DNA of 64,000 bases from Tubulanus polymorphus. Lineage: Eukaryota; Animalia; Nemertea. The stretch lies in assembly GCF_964204645.1 (NCBI RefSeq), contig NC_134035.1:806001-870000 (forward strand), written 5' to 3'. Numbering within the stretch: the first letter of the stretch is position 1; each line of letters begins with the position of its first letter. Shown in pieces: positions 39,801 through 53,408 of this stretch. The position numbers were made by a program, and so were the translations under genes. The notes under the pieces were generated by a model. That model was not told where the DNA came from, ran no database searches, and worked only from the letters and a program-made list of their open reading frames with translations.

Positions 39801-42800
39801 TGGATATCGGACCTGAACGATTGAACGTACGATATCATCTACTCAACATTAAACACAGACTCGAGTACATGGTACGTACATATATATCTCTATAGGAGTC
39901 AGATTCATGTGGATAATGTAAAAAATAGATGTCTGCTTAAAAGATTAAGAAAAATTGTGTCTATTTAAATAGTTGATCCCCATATGTCATGTAGCACAGA
40001 ATTTATGCAAGGTTATGTTAAAGTTTTAGATATTTCATCTATTATCTGTCCAGATCAGTTAACTGTGATCAGTTAACGCTTATGCTACAGTACTTTGGTA
40101 TGAAAACTCTTAGTGAAAAATCTTAGTATTTTGTTGGGGTAGTGCTCCTAATATTCTTTTATGGATGTCAAAGTGCCCTTTTGGGACTTGACAAGTCTTT
40201 CAAAACTGGCCTCTGAATCGGCCCCCCTGGTGTAGCTATTAGTGCGGGATAAAAAGGCAATCCACATATTTCAAACATTTTATAAACGTTTTCTAGAAAC
40301 GTCATCATCCGGAACAGTTCAAGAAGATCACCGCGGTGAAGAAAGGAACGATGGAAGAGGTCGTTAAAGACGCGATGGTCGCCAAACTGGTGCCGCAATT
40401 ATTCGAAGAGATTCTATTGGATACGAAGAACTTGCCGAAAGGAAAAGTGAAAGTTCGAAATGTCGGCACGAAATATGTCGGTAAGTTTTCTACGGATAGC
40501 GTTTGAAGGATTCACTCCAGTCGAACCATCAATGGCTGAGTTCGTCCTGACGATAAATTTCTGTTTTCTGATTTTTTGTTTCAATTTGACATGAATTTCA
40601 AATTTTTTAGCTCCCGTGACGGCTAAGAAACGACCGTCGACTGATAGAAACCCCAATCAAGGCCCGGCGGCTAAAAAACCGGCGATACCGGCCGAACAGT
40701 CAATAACAACGGCAGCAACGGTCGAGAAAATACCGGAACAGACGAAACCGGTTAAAAAACCCGACGAGAAACCGAAAACCGAAACGGGAAATGTCGCTTC
40801 GCAGCCGGAGAAACCGAACGGCAACAATCAAGGAAAAACGAAGAAACCCGATCAGAAGAAAACGGAACCGACGAAAAAACAAACTCCGAATAGATCGAAT
40901 AACGAGAAGAAGAACGGAGGAAGAAGTTCGGAAGATCGTCGAGCGGGAAACCAGCAACAACGTAATAAAAACGGCGATCAGTCGATGAATCGTAATCAAC
41001 GTAATTCGAGAGATCGCTCGGGCAGTCGACAGAGGGTTAATACACCGCAGCAAGATCGCTTGAGAAATCAGAACAATCGCTCGCCGGGCGGTAACAACAA
41101 CCGCGATCAACGATCGAATGGTCGAAATAATCAGCGCGATCGCAGCGATGATCGCGGCGGTAGAGGACGCGATCAAGGCGGTCGTTGGCCGCGCGATGAT
41201 CGGCGTAGCAGCGATAATCAGTCGCGTCCGGCGCCGGGATTAATGAATTGGTAAGTCAAAATGTCAAATATGAATCATTCACTAGAGAAAAACCTGTTCG
41301 GACTGAGCAGACGAGTGTGGGATTTTTCTTCATTATTGCTACGGTTTCTCACTTCGAACTATTGTTATTGAATATTCTGGTCTGGAGTGTGTGTTAAGCT
41401 GAATGAATTATTTATATTTTAGGCCAACTGGTGGAAGAGATTCTCAGTTCAACATGTCACCAGGTCAAGGTTTAATGGTACGTAACTCACACATTGTATT
41501 AATCTGTGCAGTTTCTCTTAGAATTGAATGACCCCTCCGTATTCAGTATCCCGTTCTCATCAAAGTTTGCTATCCCAGTTTGTGGCACCTTTGATTTACG
41601 TTTCTTATCAAGTAAACACAGAATAAACTTAGATTAAACATCTTCTAATAGTGAAATCAGAAATGTTCTGTATCCTGTCGGGATAAAAAGAATTAGAACC
41701 CTCATGATACCGAGATACTGCCTAAATTAGCCCTGTTTATCTAGTTCTAACTATATCTCAAAGACTCTGTGCTTTATGAAATATTCATTCTTGATTTCAG
41801 GGTATGGGCAACATTTCACAATTGATAGGATCGCAGTCTATGAATACATCTGCTCAGGTAGGTCAATGAACCAACATTGGGGTGAGGTCTGTAAGGTCTT
41901 ACTTCCCTTGATTACTGAATAATTTGAACAGAAATATGGAAGATGTTACTGAGGGTCTTACCATTGATTACTGATTAATTTGAACAGAAATATGAAAGAT
42001 GTTACTGAGGGTCTTACTGTTGATTACTGATTAATTTGAACAGAAATATGAAAGATGTTACACTGAGGGTCTTACTGTTGATTACTGATTAATTTGAACA
42101 GAAATATGAAAGATGTTACTGAGAGTCTTACTGTTGATTACTGATTAATTTGAACAGGAATATGAAAGATGTTACTGAGGGTCTTACTGTTGATTACTGA
42201 TTAATTTGAACAGAAATATGAAAGATGTTACTGAGGGTCTTACTGTTGATTACTGATTAATTTGATCAGAAATATGAAAGATGTTACACTGAGGGTCTTA
42301 CTGTTGATTACTGATTAATTTGAACAGAAATATGAAAGATGTTACTGAGGGTCTTACTGTTGATTACTGATTAATTTGATCAGAAATATGAAAGATGTTA
42401 CACTGAGGGTCTTACTGTTGATTACTGATTAATTTGAACAGAAATATGAAAGATGTTACTGAGGGTCTTACTGTTGATTACTGATTAATTTGAACAGAAA
42501 TATGAAAGATGTTACTGAGGGTCTTACTGTTGATTACTGATTAATTTGAACAGAAATATGAAAGATGTTACTGAGGGTCTTACTGTTGATTACTGATTAA
42601 TTTGAACAGAAATATGATAGGTGTTACTGAGGGTCTTACCGTTGATTACTAATTTGAACAGAAATATGAAAGATGTTACACAGAGGGTCTTACTGTTTTA
42701 CTTATTTTAGATATTTCATTTCATATTTTGATGAAGTGTTCCTGAAAACTATAGTTGAATACAACCTGTTTGTTATTGAAAGCACTTTGCAGAAAGGTCG

Positions 42801-44335
42801 ACTGTTCATACAATCATAGATATGATTATTATCTATTTCAGGATACTGGACTTGATTTCATGAATCGCTCCGGTGGTAGCCGTCAACCGTTCTCACGTTT
42901 CGAAGATGCCCGCAGACCCGGCGACCCGATGAACGAACCGGAATTCCGCCCGCGAGAACAACCGATGGACGTCGATCGTAATCTGAGCGGTAATCGTTTC
43001 CTCGACGCCGATCGATTCAAAAACCGATTTGAATCGGGTTTGATTCAGGCGGCGACGATGAACGAATTCGAGCACCGCGCCAGGAATTCCATCGGCGGCC
43101 CGTCGTCGTCGATGGAGCTCGGCCGAGGAGGTTTTATGGAATCGCCGAGAACGAGAATCGGTTTCAACAACGATTCGAATACGGAATTTCGTAATCGATC
43201 GAATGATTTGGTCGAGAATCGAAACGCGAACGTCTACGGCGCCGAGAGATCGGCGATGAATCGAGATAACTACTCAAGCTTCGAGCGGGAGAATTCGAGG
43301 CCGGGCGCTGAGATGAATTTCGATAAATCGTCGTCGTGGGGAAATTTGGGCAACAATCGCGGCGCGGGCGAATTCGAACAGCGGGCGAGGAATCAAGGGC
43401 TGCAGTCGAGATTCACGTTCGAGAATCAGCGCGACGATCGATTCAATGAATCGGCGAATCCGAGCGGAGATTCGCGCTACAGGAGCGAGTTCAATCCGGC
43501 GAGGAATGACAACAAAGATTTCAACCAATCGCAGCGCGTCGAACGCGGCGGCGATACGTCGCATTTGACGTTGGACGATTTGTACGGACGACGAAACGAG
43601 AATGATTTCCGATCGATGGATCGACAACAGGACGACGGGCGGTTCAACCCGGGCGCGACACAGCCCGTACGCGTCGAATCCGGGCACGACGATCGCTGGT
43701 ACGAAGATCATTACGGCGCGAAACGATCGATGGATGAGTCGCCGCGGGCAACCGGCGGACGACGGGATTCTCGATGGAGTGATAACCGCGATAACGAACG
43801 CGGCGGTATTGGGGGTAGATCGCACGAGCGCGACTTTCATCGGTCGTCCTCGGCGGACAGGAGGGCAGACGGACGCCACGGCGGAGTAGACGGACGCCAC
43901 GGTGGAGCAGACGCACGCCACGGTGGAGCAGATGCACGCCACGGCGGAGCAGACGCACGCCATGGAGCAGACGCACGCCACAGCGGAGCAGACGCACGCC
44001 ATGGTGGAACAGACGCACGCCACGGTGGATCAGACAGACGTAATCCCGGAGCAGAGGGACGCCATCGCGAAGCTGACAATTACGACGCAGCGCTCGCTGA
44101 TTACCATCGCGACCGACGACATCACGACTCGGAACGACGCGGTAGCCTTGGCGCCGGTTTCGACAGAGCGATAAACGAAGAACAGTCGGGGCAGTCGTCT
44201 TATTTCTCGAACATGTTTCCGATGTCGGGAGGCGTTCCGCAGCCCGTACCGCCGCCCGTACCGATTAACCCGGCGATGATCCTCGCCCAGCAACGGCAAC
44301 AGTTACAACTGTTCGCTTCATTGAATCAACAATAG
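27848..44335 (+). CDS. Putative nuclear RNA-binding protein: 2 RRM + 3 U1/matrin-like C2H2 zinc fingers + low-complexity R/D/G/N tail, ~1334 aa
   Basis: Twenty phase-consistent exons: 27848-27871, 27969-28002, 28173-28311, 29154-29296, 29701-29836, 30229-30380, 30886-31043, 31601-31663, 34255-34279, 37736-37813, 38220-38380, 38679-38873, 39073-39124, 39215-39289, 39732-39871, 40297-40480, 40611-41250, 41423-41477, 41801-41857, 42842-44335 (4005 nt). RNP2/RNP1-like LFVGNM..YGWIEL and VIVTNL..HAFVEI; fingers CELC..HNHTMQH, CNLC..HLKSDKH, CTLC..HLLNIKH. Small exons less certain than domain exons. Confidence 0.8.
28740..29103. repeat. Intronic ~116-bp tandem duplication (2+ copies)
   Basis: atgaaacctcaaacctgctaatgcccag...catttaacgtgctaataataatccta..gtggagctcagttggttgatg at 28740 and 28856; second copy interrupted by a MITE. 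Confidence 0.8.
28884..29006. mobile_element. MITE family A copy with CAG target-site duplication
   Basis: TIRs gttccagttccacagtt / aactgtggaactgggtt; CAG at 28881-28883 and 29007-29009; empty site seen in the neighbouring duplicate (28765-28767). Confidence 0.85.
31099..31328. mobile_element. hAT-like MITE containing a nested Harbinger-like MITE (~31154-31307)
   Basis: Outer TIRs caaggttcgtacac / gtgtacgaacgctg flanked by ggaac/ggaaa; inner TIRs ggctgggtttcataga / tctatgaaaccgggcc. Confidence 0.55.
32093..32900. repeat. Intronic minisatellite, 66-bp unit, ~12 copies
   Basis: catcaatcc(a/t)ggg recurs at 32108, 32178, 32244, 32310, 32380, 32446, 32512, 32578, 32644, 32710, 32776, 32850 (periods 66, occasionally 70 or 74). 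Confidence 0.95.
35839..36215. repeat. Intronic direct duplication (~190 bp, 2 copies)
   Basis: ttatcgaggatt..cctagagact..gaagctactcagggctct.cattgattcat...cttgtagccgcgatcacac...aactgttcaca.tggttc at ~35848 and ~36039. Confidence 0.75.
36126..36463. mobile_element. MITE with gc(c/t)(g/a)cgatcacac TIRs
   Basis: gccgcgatcacacgag ... cttgtgtgatcgtagc; left end also duplicated at ~35932. Confidence 0.5.
37373..37481. mobile_element. 109-bp hAT-like MITE with 5-bp TSD
   Basis: TIRs catggtggccact / agtggccaccctg; TAAAC at 37368-37372 and 37482-37486; related decayed element with gtcagggaa subterminal repeats at ~62802-63050. Confidence 0.65.
41895..42697. repeat. Intronic minisatellite, 56-bp unit (58-bp variant), ~14 copies
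   Basis: ttgattactgattaatttgaacagaaatatgaaagatgttactgagggtcttactg repeated from ~41908 to ~42642 nearly perfectly; some units carry an extra 'ac'. Confidence 0.97.
43865..44029 (+). repeat. Coding 21-bp repeat encoding (A/V/T)D(A/G)RHGG x ~8
   Basis: gcagacgcacgccacggtgga-type units in the last exon of the RRM/ZnF gene; one unit is 18 bp, frame preserved. Confidence 0.9.
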
Positions 44336-46517
44336 ACGATAAATTATCATCGATGTAAATAATAATGAGGTTCTCTTGTCTACATCTTGTGTGTACGAAA
44401 TGTTTTATGTTCTTTCTGTATTTTTCTACAAATGTTAGTTAGTCATTGTTTCATAATCGATCAAATGCTCAAAACATTCCGGTTCAGAATTCATCATTCA
44501 GCTAGATATGTGTTTGATTTCATTCAATTTCTCTCTCAAATTTGAGGATGATTAATTTTGCTGAACTTTGCGCTGGAAAAAAGAGTCTGTTAGGCCTCGA
44601 TTGAGCAGATGTCTTCTTAATATTGTATCTTATTTTAGAATCTTATCATGTATATAATGACTGTATGTAACCCGGTACCCCCTAAAACAACATGGCAATA
44701 AGTGCTAGAGTGTGTAAGTCTACGTTGTTGCATTTTACACAAAGTCTGGTTCCGATTGAACGTGTTTCCATTTATGATTATAAAATCATAGAACTTATTA
44801 CGATCAAATCACGATAGTTAAAGTCGTTGAATATGAAAAGGCTACCGTTAATAAGTAAAGATAATTTTGAATTTTGAAACTGCCCGTGTTTATCTAGTGA
44901 CTGGTTATCATGATATAGATAAAAGCGATTGTGTGTAGTGTGTATTTTTCATCTATAATCCACTGTATTCTGCTTATATCGTTCATTCATGTTGTTGATA
45001 ATGTCTCAAACAATGATGTCGACTCATTTTGCTATTTTAACACGGGGAACTTATGAAACATTAAGAGTCTGTGCTTTTTAATTGTAAATGCTAACAATAT
45101 GTATCAAATAAAGGATGTTCATTATCTTCTGTGGAAAGTCAGTTATTCGTTTTGCTTTATTAGGCATCATTGCATCATTCATTTATGAAGAAATGTTTTT
45201 GGTGAATTGATGGAAAATTCTTGGCCCGTTCTCTGGAATTCTGGAAGTATTGTGCCCCAACTCTTATGGGAAAAATGTGGAAGATTGTACATTGCTGAAT
45301 AACGCTGACAGCGTCCCAGAGTATTGCAGTTCATTTACCCACACTAAAAATCATGTGTAGAGAATCCCCAACAATAATGAAAAAATAATTATTCCAGAAG
45401 ATGACTTAAAGGGTATAGTTGAAAAGTTTTATAAATTACTAGTTCAGGGACAAGGAAACATTTCCGATTTTGATTTGATATTATTGTGGGATAAAAATTA
45501 CAGATCTAGAATAATCTGAAGTCAAATTAGTGCGATAGTATTCTTTCTGTGATCTGAGAACGAAATGATCATTACAGACAATAAAGTAGCTTAATCGAAT
45601 TGAATTGATGCAGAAAGCCTACTGTGGCATGTGAGTAGAATAAAGCGGTGATGAAAACACGCTCGGGAATCCACATACTGTTAAGGTCGGTCGACACATT
45701 CTTCGTCGTCGTTGCTGCGATTTCACTGCGCAAATTTCGCCTAAATAAACAACTAAAATAACGTCGAGGTAACTTTTGTTAATGATTTACAGGTGATTGA
45801 ATTAATTGTTGAATTAATGGTTCAATCGTTTGGTTGAAATAAGGCGTAATCGAAGGTGAAATTGACGTTTGAAATCGACTGATTTTCCTCTATCCCGTCT
45901 CTTTCTCCTCGTTGTCAAGCATCGACGAGCTCCATCAACTTAACAACGATTCGTATTTTACCTCATATTCTAAACCTATAATGCCCAGTTTCTGTAATAA
46001 ATCATTTGTAGAATTTCAAGTCTAGTGAGTTAAAATAATTGGCCGCGTCAAAACTAAAAATGGGTCTGACTGACAAAAAACAAAGTCCATAAGACATAAC
46101 CATGGTCCATGGCATGAGGAGTGAGTCAGAGGCATCTGTTTCCATTCATATTTTTAAGTGAAACTAAGAGTGTTTGAAAGTCGCCACTCAGTTGAAGTTT
46201 GTATCAATGTGAATATTCTACGGACTGAGTTCATCGAAAATATGTTTTAAACGAGAAAGATGATCTGAATAGAGAGTGTTTTCTTTTCACTTCTGGTATC
46301 CTTAATTATTTTTTGGCCAATTATGGGTAGGATTTCGACTGCCATGATGTGCTTCTAATGCCAGTCAAGGGACAAGGTGTCAATTGAACACTCAACATTT
46401 ATTGAATGTCATTTGTCAATTTATTTGTCTAATCTTGTGTATAAGTGTTATATATGGCGCAGCGGTGAATAGGCCTATAAGTTCTGTCGCTTCATTATTT
46501 TCTTCATTTTATTCCAG

Positions 46518-48468
<1,951 letters not shown>

Positions 48469-51400
48469 ATCTTATTCAGTTTGTCACCCGTTTATACATA
48501 TATATCTATTGATAGTAAAAGATATCCCATTGTTAGGACTCGTTGCTTTCTAAAATTAAACAAACTCGGGAACATGGACAGCTCGGCGTGTTCGTTTGTG
48601 TGCGTGATTGTATGTATATATATTTAAAAAAAAGAAGAATTTTCGTTCATCGCTTTGTCATCGATGTCGTTTTCCGTTCCGTGCCCCACCCCGGATGTCC
48701 TTCTCCGCTCCGGGCTCCACACCGGATGTGAATATGATTTACCGGTTGTCCTCCACGGGTTAAGAATGAATGTTCACTCGCGCAAAAGTTACGAATGAGA
48801 ACTTAAAAACATAGGTGAAAAAAATGTCGAAAATGATGTAAATTTGAATGGTTCACGTATTTATTACTGATACGATGTATATCCAGGAATGATTGATCTG
48901 TAGGGACCCTGGTATAATCGAGCTACTTGCAATGAAAATTCTATTGTTATTCACATGATTTGATTGACATTAAGTGAAATTTATTTTACCAAATGATATA
49001 AAATTTTGATGCTAATAATATTGATAGTTGCGCGCGGTGATATAATTGTTAGGTAATTTTTATGCCACTGTAATAGAGAATTGTTTCTTTCTGTTTTAAT
49101 TTGAAGTTTTCGCGATCCAAAATTCTTAGGCTCATTTTACATGCTGAAAATTATATCATCAAAAAATATGTGTTTAATTCAATCATCAGTAATTTGTAAA
49201 TACTCAATTCCATTCACAGTATCCGCTTGTATTTTCTACGCTAATCAATGTTTTCGAAATGTTACGCGTATTTTTTCTGTCTCACGAAAAATACAAAACT
49301 CTTGAATGATTTTGTTGAATTTTACGAAGCCACAGACGAAGCAGTTTCACAAAGAAGGTAATTTTAATCAAATCGAATCGTTGAAGTCACTGAGTGAATG
49401 AGAAGGTATTCATTAGTAACTAATTGTAATTTTACTTAAGTCATTGAGATCGATATGTCATGATTTAATGTTGTGAAATTGGCTTCTGATTTGTCAAGTG
49501 TAAATCTTAAAAGATGCGATGGAATTTTTTGACGCAAATTTGAAATCGAATGAATCGGATAATGCTTCTTCGTTTTGGTACACATTTTCCCCCTCACGGC
49601 AGGGTCCCTACAACTCGATTTATTCCTTAAAAACACTTTCTAAACAGAAAATGCTTTTGAATGTGCTTGAAACTCGTTTAATTTGAACAGAATGCCCGAA
49701 ACTTCTTTTAAACTCCAGGCTTATATCCAGGAATGACCAATCTGTAGGGAGCCTGCACTACTGTGTTATCATTTAGCCCTGATCTTATAAATGCGTGCAG
49801 ATTGGATAAAGTCTACAGTTCATTACCAAACTGGAGTCAGTTCTCTTGTTCCTCAGCACCTCATTCACAGTTAGATAGTTAATACTGATAACATTAGTAA
49901 TCGACATGTACTTCATATATCTGTATATATCCGTAGTGAAATGGATTTATTTTCGTTAATAATTTATTTGCTGTAGGTTTTAATGCCCTTATTCTTGATT
50001 TTGTGATACTCGCGCTTCGCACCGGTTGAAACAAACTTCTCTAGTTTATTGTTGTTTCGCTGTAAGGATTATCACAAATTGTTACTCACTACAGGATTTA
50101 ATCACAAACAGATTTTTGTAATTGATGCTAATTGAAGTCGGACACACTTTTACTGTCCCAAAAAATCCACAGCAGAGTCTACAGCACTTTAGACTCCTCG
50201 GTCGGTACCAGTCAGATTTTACCAATATTTTTCATGAGACTCTTCTCGGGATTTCTCACTGATTGTGATTCATGGGTCTTAAAGTGCTGAGTATGGCATC
50301 GAAATAATTTTTAATTCGTTTCATTTTGTGTGGAAATTGTATCGCCATTATTGAATATCAATAACTGAACAATAATATTTTGATTGTTAGATTGAATGGA
50401 TTAGAATTCCACCCACTGAAAAGAGGTGTCACATGTCGAAACAACAAAATGGTAGATTTCATGCCACAAACCAATTTACGATATAAAAGCACTCGTTACC
50501 AAGCATTTTCAATACACCCCAGACTGCAGTTGATTGTCCTATCGGCTCAACCTCCTAAATTACACACGCATTGACAGATATCATAACCTCGATGTTTTTT
50601 GTTTTGTTCATTTGAAGAAAAAAAAAGTTGTTTGTTCCTGAAATTTTGTACTTTAATCTCAAGAATATCGTAAATAAATTTAATCTTATTTAAATATTGT
50701 TTTATTTAGTGGAGTTATTTTACTCGGGTTAAAAGGACAGGATGCATGATTCATTCGGAAATTTGGCAGCATATCTACTAAGCTATTTTTCCTGATATGA
50801 GTTCGAAGTTTATTAACCGTAGAACAAAGTTTATATTGAATGAAAGTTTTTGGGAAAATTTAAAGGAAAAGGTAAACATCAACATGATGTAGTTCAACAA
50901 CTTAGACACAGTACCAAGTCTCAAGAGAGAATACCTACCAAACTTACATTTTCTGAACTGCTTCGCATTACATTTTCTCGTAGGTCTCATTATCAAGGAA
51001 AACAAAATTTTTGAAATAGTTTTTCAGAATTTTCCTTTGGCTATTTAGCTTATAAATCTGCATTTAAATTCTCTTTAAATATCGGCCCGACGTTGTCCGA
51101 ATAATGCGTGGGTATTGAAGGGTTAAAATTCCCGAACACATGTGGCGCCGTCTATCGTGTTGCCGCTGTTGTACTGGCACGTGAGTAAAGGTGTCATGGC
51201 TGAGCGCGGATAACTCAAATCTGCGTTCAAAATTGCATCAGTTTGTCAGGTCAGCTATACGTTATCTGTGGCTATTTATCGCTTGGGCGCGTAAACAGAA
51301 GGCTCGAGCACCGGTTAGATATTTGAATAACGGTCTGTGATCATTTCTCTGTTAGATTTCAGCGCAGTTTTGAATGCCACTCGGCCGGCCCACATCGCCC

Positions 51401-52850
51401 CGATCGCGCATGGTTTGGCTGGGTCGTTCGTTAATTTGAAAGCGTGTCACTCTCTTTTTATGACCAAAATTGATCATTTACATGATTTTCACAGTGGTTG
51501 CCCACAATAAACAAGAATATTTACTAAACAGATTTCACCTTTTTGACCCGGGGGGGTGGGTACTGTGAGCGTGATCGACAGCCGGTTAGTGTTGGGCTGG
51601 AGCAAGAATTTTTACCAACCAGGATACTACTGTACTGAGCAAAATTAGTATGTGCAGTCATAGTAGTTAAGATTGTAAAGTTGTCGAGCCCTTGATATTG
51701 AGCCCAGAATTGAAACATCTTAGTCCTTATTTATTTAGCTGTTTTGATAGGCTACTGAGTACAATAGGTATTTTTGGGTGGTGTTTAAAGGCCCTATAAA
51801 TTCATACAAAAACCATTTGAAAATCAGCTGTCAATGAAAATACGCCACTTAAAAGATAAAAATCTGTTGGCCTAATTTAGTTCAGGTTAAGTAATTTAAT
51901 CATCTGGACTTAAGGCAATTGATAAAACATCTATAAAGATTCTTGGTAAATTCAACAAATTCTTGCTTTTGAAAAAATCCATTTAATACTTATTGACATC
52001 AACGTATTCTATGAAAGAAAGATTATTTGTTTTCCACAACTGTCATGCCTGCAGATATAATCGAGCCCAGCGGGCTAGCAAAGGGCAGCCGGGCGAAACA
52101 ATTCCAAATTGATAAAGATATAGCAGTGCATTTAGCTATTATGATATAAAGAAAAACCGTATCTGCTTCATTTAACAAAACACATTTACAGATTTTTGCT
52201 TGTTCTAATATCGGCATATTATTGATAGATAAATGTTTTGTTGCCCCGCCTTTTTTCTGTGATGATAAAATAAGCATTAGGATTGACAGCGACAGTGACA
52301 AAAAACATGGACGACCTATATCTGTATAGAATAGAATTTAGAAAAAGCCTTTAAATTATGGGTCGCTCAAATACCCTTCAAATTCTGAAATGTGCCTTAG
52401 AAAATCTTTTTAATCACCGAATAGGCAATTAATTTCGAACAATTTTCAAACAAGGTGACAATTCCAGTTTTAGGGTTTCGCCTCTTCAAACAATATTAGA
52501 TCCATCCTTATATTTATCCAGCAGTTGAGAAACAGTAACTTGTCGTCCATAGTTGATCTTAAAAACGTCCCTTGAATTATTATGGATATACCCTCAAAAC
52601 ACCTCAAATTAACCTCAAATTTGAAAATTGTAGTTCCGCAAGAACCATGAAAAAATACAGATATACTTAAACACAAATGGATGAACGATGAATATATTAT
52701 TATGAACATGTTAGGAGGCAAAGTGAACAATCCCTTATATATCTCAATGAAGGGACAAGGGATGTACAAATCCTTCGAAGTCAAAATGAAGATACCTACA
52801 TCTAGGTTACAATGATTATCAATACTTACAGATAAACGATCTTAAAACAG

Positions 52851-53333
52851 AAGTTCAAGTTCAAGTTCAAATTTATTTCACAGAAAGCATGACAGGCTAT
52901 GTACACAGGTTGAGAGAAAACAAACAATAAAATTTACAATTTTTTTAAACAAAGCACAATTTTAAAAAGAGAGAGAGAGAACAGTAGCTTTCAGTGTGGG
53001 CCAAGCAAAGCCTTTAGGCCGCTGTCGCAAGCACCCAGGGAAAAAGACGAAAGGGAAATGAAGAAATAAAGGGGAAGGAAATGAGAGTTGATGATTTTTG
53101 ATAATTACAGGAGAGTTTATATGAGTAAGCTAGAGGGTTCAGGAGAGTGAGCAATTATAACAATTAGGGTTATTACATTGATGGATATCATTGTAGGCGG
53201 AGGTGAGATATGGTCTGAGTTTACGTTTTAAATTTTGTTTGCTTGTTTGTAGGATGTCATTGGAAAAAGGTAGTTTTTGCCAGATGTTTGAAAGAATGTT
53301 TTGAGGTAATACTGAATAATGTTTACTGTACTT
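52851..53333 (-). mobile_element. 5'-truncated CR1/L2-group LINE: ORF2 C-terminus, 3' UTR and microsatellite tail
   Basis: Minus frame 53333-53139 reads KYSKHYSVLPQNILSNIWQKLPFSNDILQTSKQNLKRKLRPYLTSAYNDIHQCNNPNCYNCSLS*, matching the IW..LP...K..L+..L...Y..C....CY.C pattern of ORF2 ends in this group; followed by AATAAA and a (TTGAAC)n tail. Confidence 0.75.
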
Positions 53334-53408
53334 TCAATGGAATAAACGTTTTAGAAAAATGTTTCCGTATCATATTTTAATATTACTTTAAATCTTGATT
53401 GTTTTCCA

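Noticed and set aside
41895-42697. CRISPR-like appearance of regular repeats (also 32093-32900)
   Set aside because: No unique spacers, no cas genes, eukaryotic introns; ordinary minisatellites.
43274-44079. Long antisense ORFs (249 aa MACVCS repeats; also 6225-6773 and 40700-41176)
   Set aside because: Shadows of repetitive or GC-rich coding exons on the opposite strand.
51105-51126. Solo piggyBac-like ends (aagggTTAA; also ~14239, ~61355, ~61401)
   Set aside because: No partner TIR found, so element boundaries cannot be supported.
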